Shown here one piece after another: positions 57,181 to 64,000 of a stretch of DNA of 64,000 bases (positions are counted from its first letter, which is position 1; each line of letters begins with the position of its first letter). This DNA is from Candidatus Krumholzibacteriota bacterium. GTDB taxonomy: Bacteria; Krumholzibacteriota; Krumholzibacteriia; Krumholzibacteriales; Krumholzibacteriaceae. The translations under genes were made by a program, and so were the position numbers. The notes below the pieces were generated by a model. That model worked only from the letters and a program-made list of their open reading frames with translations, ran no database searches and was not told the DNA's origin. Where the stretch lies: contig JBFYZH010000115.1 of NCBI GenBank assembly GCA_041309605.1, forward strand, positions 5,824 through 69,823, read 5' to 3'.

Positions 57181-57209
57181 TTGACTTGGAGCCGGACGTT
57201 TGTTATAAA
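57181..57209 (+). promoter_or_regulatory. Sigma70-type promoter TTGACT-N17-TATAAA for rplU-rpmA
   Basis: -35 at 57181-57186, -10 at 57204-57209. AGGAGG RBS at 57231-57236. GTG start at 57246. Confidence 0.45.
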
Positions 57210-57245
57210 TGTATCTCTTTGTGGTATTTCAGGAGGTCAGGATAA

Positions 57246-57557
57246 GTGTACGCGGTCATAAATCTGGCTGGCAAACAGTTTACGGTAAAACCTGAGGACA
57301 AAATCCGGGTTCCTCTGCTCGACGCCGAGGTCGGGAGTGTCATAAGATGCGATAATGTGCTCCTTTATTCGGATGGGGACGATATACGTATCGGAAAACC
57401 GAAGCTCGATAATATCAATGTGACGGCCGAGATCGTGAGCCACGGCCGGGAAAAGAAGATCCTCGTATTCAAGATGAAGCGAAGGAAGAATTACCGAAAA
57501 AAGAATGGCCACCGCCAGGATTTCACCCTTTTGAAGATAAAAGGGATAGAGGTATAG
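57246..57557 (+). CDS. rplU: 50S ribosomal protein L21
   Basis: 'MYAVINLAGKQFTVKPEDKIRVP' is the canonical L21 N-terminus. Confidence 0.9.
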   Translation: MYAVINLAGKQFTVKPEDKIRVPLLDAEVGSVIRCDNVLLYSDGDDIRIGKPKLDNINVTAEIVSHGREKKILVFKMKRRKNYRKKNGHRQDFTLLKIKGIEV

Positions 57558-57580
57558 GCGGCAGGGGGAGCTGAAACGAT

Positions 57581-57835
57581 ATGGCACATAAAAAAGGTGT
57601 CGGCAGTTCTAAAAACGGGCGCGACAGTCATTCTCAGCGGCTGGGCGCGAAGCGAACCTCCGGCCAGAACGTCCTGGCGGGAACGATACTTGTACGCCAG
57701 CGCGGAACGAAGATACACCCGGGCACCAACGTCGCCAGGGGCGGCGACGACACGCTCTTTGCCCTCGTCGACGGAAAGGTGCAGTTCGAACGTTTCGGAA
57801 GAACCAAGAAAAAGGTGAGTGTTTACGGCGAATAA
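57581..57835 (+). CDS. rpmA: 50S ribosomal protein L27
   Basis: '[45 protein letters not shown]' is canonical L27. Confidence 0.9.
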   Translation: MAHKKGVGSSKNGRDSHSQRLGAKRTSGQNVLAGTILVRQRGTKIHPGTNVARGGDDTLFALVDGKVQFERFGRTKKKVSVYGE

Positions 57836-57866
57836 AAGCCGTAATTGAAATATTGAAAGCAAGTTG

Positions 57867-57910
57867 GAGCCCGGCGGAACGAAAGTTCCCTCCGGGCTCT
57901 TCTCTTTTCC
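57867..57910 (+). terminator. Rho-independent terminator after rpmA
   Basis: gagcccggcggaac-gaaa-gttccctccgggctc hairpin (GNRA-like loop) followed by ttctcttttcc. Confidence 0.6.
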
Positions 57911-57922
57911 GGCAGGCGCATG

Positions 57923-58142
57923 TATAATGGGCAGCGGCCGGTTTGCCGTGAATACGAAAATCTCGTCGCGAGTTGCACGGGGAGATGTGGCGGGGAGATG
58001 CAAGTCTGACCTGCGCTGCGCGGCGTGGCGGTGTACTGCGGGGAAGTCACAAGTCTCGTCGCGAGTTCCGCAGCGTGGCGCGTAGCGCCGCGCGAGGACT
58101 GTCCGAGCAGGAGACTTGTGACGCCCCCGCCCTTTTTCACGA
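57923..58142 (+). ncRNA. Candidate small RNA or structured leader: TATAAT box, duplicated 14-mer, 12-bp inverted repeat enclosing ~53 nt, then T5
   Basis: TATAAT at 57923-57928. 'tctcgtcgcgagtt' at 57961-57974 and 58055-58068. gtcacaagtctc (58046-58057) pairs with gagacttgtgac (58111-58122). ttttt at 58134-58138. No ORF of significance. Confidence 0.2.
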
Positions 58143-58204
58143 GGACTGGTTGAGCTGTATGCATTTGTTTTGCCGGCTGCATGGATTCTGCAGGGGGTGA
58201 TGAA

Positions 58205-58861
58205 ATGAAACTGAAATATCTCGGTCACTCCGCCTTCTCGATCATTCTCGGGGACGGCAGGAGGATACTCTTCGATCCCTACGAACCGGGAGCCTACGAT
58301 GGGGCTGTCGGATTCGCCGCGATAAAAGGCGTATTCGACCTTGTCATCGTAAGTCACTCCCATCCCGACCACAGGTGGGAAAAGGCGGTCGCAGGCGCCG
58401 CAGACGTTGTCGACAGGGCCGGAGAATACGAATTCGGCGGTATCAGGGTGACGTCGCTGGCCACATTTCACGATGAATCGGAAGGCCGCGAGAGGGGAAT
58501 CAATCTCGTCTCGATTGTCGAAACCGAGGGTGTGAAGGTGGCTCATCTTGGAGATATTGGTCACATGATAACGATCGACGAGATGCCGGCTCTCGCCGGC
58601 GTGGACGTCGTGATGATCCCCGTGGGGGGGCATTTCACGATAGATGCGAAAACCGCCTCGGATATTATCGGCGAGATCAGACCGAAAATTGCGGTGCCGA
58701 TGCATTTCAAGACGGCCAAACTGGGATTTCCAATAGCGACGGTGGACAAGTTCGTCGAATTGATGGATAATGTCGAAACGGCCGACCGGAGCGAGCTGGA
58801 CATTTCGGCGTCCAGCCTCCCGGTGTCGCCGAAAGTCGTCGTGCTGAAGCCGGCGATGTAG
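58205..58861 (+). CDS. MBL-fold metallo-hydrolase
   Basis: 'MKLKYLGHSAF', 'IVSHSHPDH', 'HLGDIGH'. Confidence 0.75.
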   Translation: MKLKYLGHSAFSIILGDGRRILFDPYEPGAYDGAVGFAAIKGVFDLVIVSHSHPDHRWEKAVAGAADVVDRAGEYEFGGIRVTSLATFHDESEGRERGINLVSIVETEGVKVAHLGDIGHMITIDEMPALAGVDVVMIPVGGHFTIDAKTASDIIGEIRPKIAVPMHFKTAKLGFPIATVDKFVELMDNVETADRSELDISASSLPVSPKVVVLKPAM

Positions 58862-58877
58862 CCTTAAGAAGAGAGGA

Positions 58878-59726
58878 ATGAAAGTGAGAGAGGTCAAAGC
58901 TGCAAGGATAACCGAAGAGGTGGCGCGGCTGTGCATGGAGGCCAATTTCGAGCTCGAGGACGATATACAGAAGGCGCTCGAAAAGGCTTATGCCGGGGAG
59001 GAGTCCGAGGCGGGCCGGGAAGTCCTGCGCCAGATACTCGAAAATTCGGGGATTGCCCGCTCGGAGAAGATGCCGATCTGCCAGGACACCGGGTTGGCCG
59101 TGATCTTCGTCGAACTGGGTCAGGAAGTCCACATAACGGGCGGCGGATTCGAGGACGCCGTCAACCAGGGCGTCCGCAAGGGTTATACGGACGGGTACCT
59201 GAGAAAATCGAGCCTTGCCGACCCGGTCAGGGGCGGCAACACCGGCGACAACACGCCCGCGGTGATCCATCTGACGCTGGTTCCGGGTGACGCTCTGAAG
59301 CTCTGGGTGGTTCCCAAGGGGGGCGGAAGCGAGAACATGAGCAGGGTGGCGATGATGAAGCCGGCGGACGGAGTCGAAGGGATAAAGAAGTTCGTCGTAG
59401 ACAACATCAGGGCCGCGGGTGGAAACCCGTGCCCGCCTATAATCATCGGCATCGGGATAGGCGGGACCTTCGAACGATGCGCCTTTCTCGCGAAGAAGGC
59501 ACTGCTGCGGGAGATCGGGAGCGCGCATGGCGACCCGTTCTACGCGGCGCTCGAGAAGGAGATACTCGGTCTGGTGAACGATACCGGAGTGGGGCCGATG
59601 GGACTCGGTGGAAGAACGACCGCACTCGCCGTTCACATCGAGGCGGCGCCGAGGCACATTGCCTCCTTCCCCGTGGCGATGAACGTGAACTGTCACGCCG
59701 CCAGGCACAAATATATCGAGCTGTAG
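58878..59726 (+). CDS. Class-I (Fe-S) fumarate hydratase / tartrate dehydratase, alpha subunit
   Basis: 'MPICQDTGLAVIFVELGQ' and 'VVPKGGGSENMS' are typical of FumA N-domain/TtdA. Confidence 0.8.
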   Translation: MKVREVKAARITEEVARLCMEANFELEDDIQKALEKAYAGEESEAGREVLRQILENSGIARSEKMPICQDTGLAVIFVELGQEVHITGGGFEDAVNQGVRKGYTDGYLRKSSLADPVRGGNTGDNTPAVIHLTLVPGDALKLWVVPKGGGSENMSRVAMMKPADGVEGIKKFVVDNIRAAGGNPCPPIIIGIGIGGTFERCAFLAKKALLREIGSAHGDPFYAALEKEILGLVNDTGVGPMGLGGRTTALAVHIEAAPRHIASFPVAMNVNCHAARHKYIEL

Positions 59727-59759
59727 TCCACAACGGATCCAGACGGAGGCAGGTTCAAG

Positions 59760-60311
59760 ATGGCCGAATATTCGCTTACCACTCCCCTGAAGGACGGGGA
59801 TATCATGAAACTGAAGGCGGGAGACAAGGTCTCCCTCTCGGGAACGGTCTACACCGCGAGGGACGCCGCTCACAAGAGGCTTGTCGATCTTCTCGACGAA
59901 GGCAAAAAGCTTCCGATCCCCATCGAGGGGCAGGTGATCTATTATGTCGGGCCGTCCCCGACCCCGCCGGGCAGGGCGATCGGCTCGGCCGGGCCGACGA
60001 CGAGTTACAGGATGGACCCGTACGCGCCGAGACTTCTCGAAAACGGCCTGAAAGGTATGATCGGCAAGGGCGCAAGGAACGAAGCGGTTGTCGAGGCGAT
60101 GAAGAAAAACACGGCGGTTTATTTCGCCGCGACAGGGGGTGCCGCCGCCCTCATATCGCGAAGCATCACCGCCGCGGAAGTGGTCGCCTACGACGATCTC
60201 GGCGCGGAGGCGATAAGAAAACTCACGGTGAAGGATTTCCCGCTGATAGTCGCGCAGGACTGCCACGGGGCCAATGTATACGAAGAGGGACAGAAGAAGT
60301 ACCGGCGGTAG
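59760..60311 (+). CDS. Class-I fumarate hydratase, beta subunit
   Basis: 'GTVYTARDAAHKRL' and 'IYYVGPSPTPPG' match FumA C-domain/TtdB. Confidence 0.8.
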   Translation: MAEYSLTTPLKDGDIMKLKAGDKVSLSGTVYTARDAAHKRLVDLLDEGKKLPIPIEGQVIYYVGPSPTPPGRAIGSAGPTTSYRMDPYAPRLLENGLKGMIGKGARNEAVVEAMKKNTAVYFAATGGAAALISRSITAAEVVAYDDLGAEAIRKLTVKDFPLIVAQDCHGANVYEEGQKKYRR

Positions 60312-60434
60312 AACGGTCCGCGGGGTATAATTCAAGGGGCGCCGGTCTGCATTTCCGCCCGGAATCTTCCGGTTCCCGCCATCCCGACGGCGGGGGCGGC
60401 CTCGGCGTTTCACATCCTCATATGGAGGTGTCGT

Positions 60435-61157
60435 TTGCCTTCCACGAAAGTGCTCGCCGTCATACCGGCCCGTTTCGGCTCGAAGCGTTTCCCCGGCAAG
60501 CCCCTCGCCCCGATAGGCGGCGTTCCGATGATCCTGCGCGTCCTGCGGCGTGTCCGGGCGGTCAGGGGTGTCGACAGGGTCGTCGTGGCGACCGACGACG
60601 AACGGATCGCGGATGTCGTTTTCGGTGACGGCGGTGAAGCGATGATGACGTCGAAGACTCATCGCTCGGGCACCTCGCGCGTGGCCGAAGTGGCCGCGAA
60701 ATACAGGTACGGGCTGGTACTGAACGTGCAGGGGGATGAGCCTCTTCTGCCGGTCGGCGGCGTCGAGCGACTTCTCAAGGTCATGGCCGCCGAGAAGCGC
60801 AGCGTGATGGGGACCCTGGCGACCAGGGTCGACGATCCGGAAATGGCCGCCCGGGCCGACGTCGTCAAGGTCGCCTGCGCCCGGGACGGCACGGCCCTCT
60901 ACTTCTCCCGATGCGCGCTGCCGCACGGCCCCGGATCGTTTCTTCAGCACATAGGCGTGTATGTATACAGGCGCTCCTTCCTGCTGGGCTACGGCTCGCT
61001 AAGGCGCGGCCCACTGGAGAAAAGGGAGGATCTCGAACAGCTCAGGGCCCTCGAAAACGGATTCGGTATAAGGGTGGTCGAGTGCAGGGGAAAAAGTCTC
61101 GGCGTGGACCGGCCGGACGACATAAAAAGAGTTGAAAACCGGATTGAAAGCGGTTAA
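60435..61157 (+). CDS. kdsB: 3-deoxy-manno-octulosonate cytidylyltransferase
   Basis: 'VIPARFGSKRFPGKPLAPIGGVPMI' and 'GTSRVAE'. Confidence 0.85.
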   Translation: MPSTKVLAVIPARFGSKRFPGKPLAPIGGVPMILRVLRRVRAVRGVDRVVVATDDERIADVVFGDGGEAMMTSKTHRSGTSRVAEVAAKYRYGLVLNVQGDEPLLPVGGVERLLKVMAAEKRSVMGTLATRVDDPEMAARADVVKVACARDGTALYFSRCALPHGPGSFLQHIGVYVYRRSFLLGYGSLRRGPLEKREDLEQLRALENGFGIRVVECRGKSLGVDRPDDIKRVENRIESG

Positions 61158-61223
61158 GGTGGGTCGGGTGGTTTTTCGGTCGCGTCGACACTTGTTTCAC
61201 CGGATACGTGGGCAGAGGGCAGA

Positions 61224-62876
61224 TTGGGCGAGAAGACGAAATATATCTTTGTAACCGGCGGTGTGGTCTCTTCTCTCGGAAAAGGAATCGCCGCTTCCTC
61301 CCTCGGTCTTCTTCTCAAGCAGCGCGGCCTCAAGGTGGTCCTCCAGAAATTCGATCCCTATCTCAACGTCGATCCCGGGACGATGAGTCCATTCCAGCAC
61401 GGAGAGGTCTTCGTCACCGACGACGGCGCCGAGACCGATCTCGATCTCGGGCACTACGAGCGTTTCATCGACCGCAATCTCAGCAGGAGATCGAACGTCA
61501 CCACGGGCCAGGTCTACGAGGCGATAATAAACAGGGAAAGGGCCGGAGGTTACCTTGGAAGGACCGTCCAGGTGGTCCCCCACGTCACCGACGAGATCAA
61601 GAGCCGGATACTTGCCGCGGCGCAGAACGGAAACGGTGTGGACGTCGTGATAACAGAGGTCGGCGGCACCACCGGGGACATCGAGGGTCTGCCCTTTCTG
61701 GAGGCGATCCGCCAGCTCAGGATGGATCTCGGCAGGGAAAACGTCCTCTACATACACCTTACGCTGGTTCCTTATATCAAGGCGGCCCATGAGATCAAGA
61801 CCAAACCGACGCAGCACAGCGTGAAGGGTCTCAGGGAGATCGGTATTCAGCCCCACATACTTCTCTGTCGTTCGGAGGGTCCCCTCGCCAGAGAGATCCG
61901 CGACAAGATAGCCCTTTTCTGCAACGTCGAGGAACAGGACGTCATCGAGGCGCTCGACGCCAGGTCGATCTACCAGGTGCCCATTCAGTTCCACAGGCAG
62001 GGACTCGACGACAGCGTCGTCGAAAAGCTCGGTCTCCAGTGCCCGCAGCCCGACCTTGCCGAGTGGGAAAAAATGGTGGAAAAGATATTCACGATGAAAG
62101 AGGACGTGGACATCGCGGTCTGCGGGAAATATATCCAGATAGTCGACGCGTACAAAAGCATCATAGAGTCGTTCACCCACGCGGGGGTGGCGAACGACGT
62201 TCGCGTCAACATCAGGTGGGTTGACGCCGAGAACATAGAGAAGGACGGGCCGCAGGCGCACCTGAGCGGAGTACACGGTGTGCTCGTTCCCGGGGGTTTC
62301 GGGGACAGGGGAATCGAGGGAAAGATCGGGGCCGTGCGGTATGCAAGGGAGAACGGCATCCCCTTCCTCGGTATCTGCCTGGGGCTGCAGTGCGCCGTGA
62401 TAGAATTCGCGAGGAACGTCTGCGGGATCGAAGCGGGCAGCAGCGAATTCGATCCCGACTGTACAAATCCCGTGATCGACCTGATGCTGGAACAGAGAAG
62501 CCGTTCGAAGATGGGCGGCACGATGAGGCTGGGAGCCTATCCGTGTCACCTCAGGGAAGGTTCTCTGGCCGAAAAACTCTACGGCGAGCGGGAGATCAGC
62601 GAGAGGCACAGGCACCGCTGGGAGGTCAACAACGGGTATCGCGCGGTGCTGGAGGAAAACGGGCTCTCGATCTCGGGCCTTTCGCCCGACGGAGATCTCG
62701 TCGAAATGGTCGAATTGCCGGAACATCCATATTTTATCGCCGCCCAGTTCCATCCCGAACTGAAATCACGTCCCATGCGCTCTCACCCGCTCTTCAGGGG
62801 GCTTGTATCCGCCGCTAAAAGGTTGATGAGAGGCGAGCATTGCGGGGAAGGTGCCACCGCTCGCGGCAAGACCTGA
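61224..62876 (+). CDS. pyrG: CTP synthase
   Basis: '[20 protein letters not shown]...[13 protein letters not shown]' and GATase 'GICLGLQ'. Confidence 0.95.
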   Translation: MGEKTKYIFVTGGVVSSLGKGIAASSLGLLLKQRGLKVVLQKFDPYLNVDPGTMSPFQHGEVFVTDDGAETDLDLGHYERFIDRNLSRRSNVTTGQVYEAIINRERAGGYLGRTVQVVPHVTDEIKSRILAAAQNGNGVDVVITEVGGTTGDIEGLPFLEAIRQLRMDLGRENVLYIHLTLVPYIKAAHEIKTKPTQHSVKGLREIGIQPHILLCRSEGPLAREIRDKIALFCNVEEQDVIEALDARSIYQVPIQFHRQGLDDSVVEKLGLQCPQPDLAEWEKMVEKIFTMKEDVDIAVCGKYIQIVDAYKSIIESFTHAGVANDVRVNIRWVDAENIEKDGPQAHLSGVHGVLVPGGFGDRGIEGKIGAVRYARENGIPFLGICLGLQCAVIEFARNVCGIEAGSSEFDPDCTNPVIDLMLEQRSRSKMGGTMRLGAYPCHLREGSLAEKLYGEREISERHRHRWEVNNGYRAVLEENGLSISGLSPDGDLVEMVELPEHPYFIAAQFHPELKSRPMRSHPLFRGLVSAAKRLMRGEHCGEGATARGKT

Positions 62877-62888
62877 TCTGGAGGGTCC

Positions 62889-63719
62889 ATGGAATCCCTT
62901 GAAATCGGAGATCGTACCTACGATCCGGGAAAAGGGCCGTTGCTCATAGCGGGGCCCTGCGTCCTCGAAGACGAGGATGACGCCCTGAGCGTCGCCCGCG
63001 AGTGCATGGAAGCCGCCGCCAGGGCCGGATTTTTTTACATTTTCAAATCCAGCTATCTCAAGGACAACAGATCCTCGGTCGATTCGTACACCGGGCCGGG
63101 GCTGGAGAAGGGCCTTCGCGCGCTAAGCCGGATATCGGACACGCTGAAGGTGCCGGTGCTGACCGATGTGCATTGCAGGGAGGAGGTCGGTCCGGTCGCC
63201 GAGGTCTGCGATGTGATACAGATCCCCGCCTTCCTGGCCAGGCAGACGAGGCTCATTACCGCGGCGGCATCAACCGGGAAGGTGATCAATCTCAAGAAAG
63301 GGCAATTCCTCTCGCCCGAGGAGATGGGACACGCCGTCGAGAAGGCGAGAAGAGGAGGAGCGGGGGGAGTGATGATCACCGAGAGGGGAACTTTCTTCGG
63401 GTACAACAATCTGGTCGTCGATATGACCGCCTTCGAGAGGATGAAGTCTTTCGGTGTTCCCCTTGTATTCGACGCGACACATTCCCTGCAGCTTCCGGGA
63501 GGTCTCGGGGACAGGTCCGGAGGCAGGCCCCAGTATGCGGCCGCGCTCGCGAAGGCGGCCGCGGCGGCCGGATGTCACGGGCTATTCGTCGAAACCCATT
63601 TCGCTCCGCTCAGGTGCAGATGCGATGCCGAGGTGATGCTGCCGATCGATCGGCTGGACGATCTTCTGGCGCAGACGGGCCGGATATTCGGGATGCGGGA
63701 AGAATCCCCCGGCGGTTGA
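62889..63719 (+). CDS. kdsA: 3-deoxy-8-phosphooctulonate (KDO8P) synthase
   Basis: 'LIAGPCVLE', '[12 protein letters not shown]', '[13 protein letters not shown]'. Confidence 0.9.
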   Translation: MESLEIGDRTYDPGKGPLLIAGPCVLEDEDDALSVARECMEAAARAGFFYIFKSSYLKDNRSSVDSYTGPGLEKGLRALSRISDTLKVPVLTDVHCREEVGPVAEVCDVIQIPAFLARQTRLITAAASTGKVINLKKGQFLSPEEMGHAVEKARRGGAGGVMITERGTFFGYNNLVVDMTAFERMKSFGVPLVFDATHSLQLPGGLGDRSGGRPQYAAALAKAAAAAGCHGLFVETHFAPLRCRCDAEVMLPIDRLDDLLAQTGRIFGMREESPGG

Positions 63720-63730
63720 TGGCGGGAGAT

Positions 63731-64000
63731 ATGAAAAAAACCGATCTGAAGGATATTGTTGCCATCGGGCGGGAAGTCATAGCCCTTGAGATCGAGGGCC
63801 TTAAGGAACTTGAAAGCTCGATAGGGGAAGATTTCGAGAAGGCGGTGCGCCTGATCCTGGAATGCAGGGGTAAGGTCGTCGTCTGCGGGATCGGCAAATC
63901 CGGGATAGTGGCGAAAAAAATCGCCGCCACTCTCAGCAGCACGGGAACGCCCTCGGTCTTTCTTCATCCGGTCGAGGCGGCCCACGGAGACATGGGCATG
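63731..64000 (+). CDS. kdsD: Arabinose-5-phosphate isomerase (SIS domain), 3'-partial
   Basis: '[43 protein letters not shown]' is the KpsF/GutQ N-terminal SIS motif. Runs off the window. Confidence 0.8.
   Translation, partial: MKKTDLKDIVAIGREVIALEIEGLKELESSIGEDFEKAVRLILECRGKVVVCGIGKSGIVAKKIAATLSSTGTPSVFLHPVEAAHGDMGM

Noticed and set aside
58707-60950. 747-aa minus-strand ORF
   Set aside because: Spans four well-supported plus-strand genes (MBL hydrolase, fumarase alpha and beta, kdsB). Must be spurious.
61197-62753. 518-aa minus-strand ORF
   Set aside because: Antisense to pyrG, which is unambiguous.

Overview
GC-rich (roughly 63-65 % by eye) chromosomal segment with about 60 protein-coding genes. 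No rRNA, tRNA, CRISPR array, transposase or integrase was recognisable. It looks like core/accessory chromosome of an uncultivated diderm bacterium, probably a candidate lineage related to the FCB superphylum. The basis for this is three secreted proteins (1..2109, 8224..10341, 11930..12871) that share the same C-terminal FlgD-Ig-like/T9SS-type sorting domain. A KDO/LPS block (kdsB-pyrG-kdsA-kdsD), murJ and glycosyltransferases are also consistent with a diderm.

Recognisable housekeeping genes: typA, gdhA, rplU-rpmA, two-subunit class-I fumarase, pyrG, kdsA/B/D, homocysteine methyltransferase, SPFH protein.

Most unusual content:
(i) Two adjacent, overlapping paralogous genes (19004..23981, minus strand). 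Both encode a PEP-synthase/PPDK-type ATP-binding domain plus a shared novel middle domain with a conserved S-x-G-[ST]-H-F-F motif. The larger gene also carries a C-terminal Pol-beta-type nucleotidyltransferase domain and a Gly-Pro collagen-like tail. I do not recognise this architecture.
(ii) A tightly packed, TetR-gated operon (39499..44635) encoding a pyruvoyl (SpeH/AdoMetDC-like) decarboxylase, a FemAB/CelD-like GNAT, an ATP-grasp ligase, a fold-III PLP decarboxylase and an unlisted zinc-ribbon mini-ORF. It is preceded by a perfect 30-bp palindromic operator. It looks like an uncharacterised modified-polyamine/amino-acid-conjugate pathway.
(iii) An orphan asparagine-synthetase-B-like PP-loop enzyme that lacks the Cys nucleophile (lasso-cyclase-like). 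Twin palindromes sit in its AT-rich upstream region.
(iv) An ECF sigma/anti-sigma/CpxP-like/Cys-His-Met-rich periplasmic metal-stress operon with a clean terminator.
(v) Intergenic and in-frame tandem repeats around a secreted repeat protein (10342..11094).
(vi) A promoter-plus-hairpin-terminator unit downstream of rpmA that may be a small RNA.

Many long antisense ORFs in the track are high-GC artefacts and are listed under rejected.
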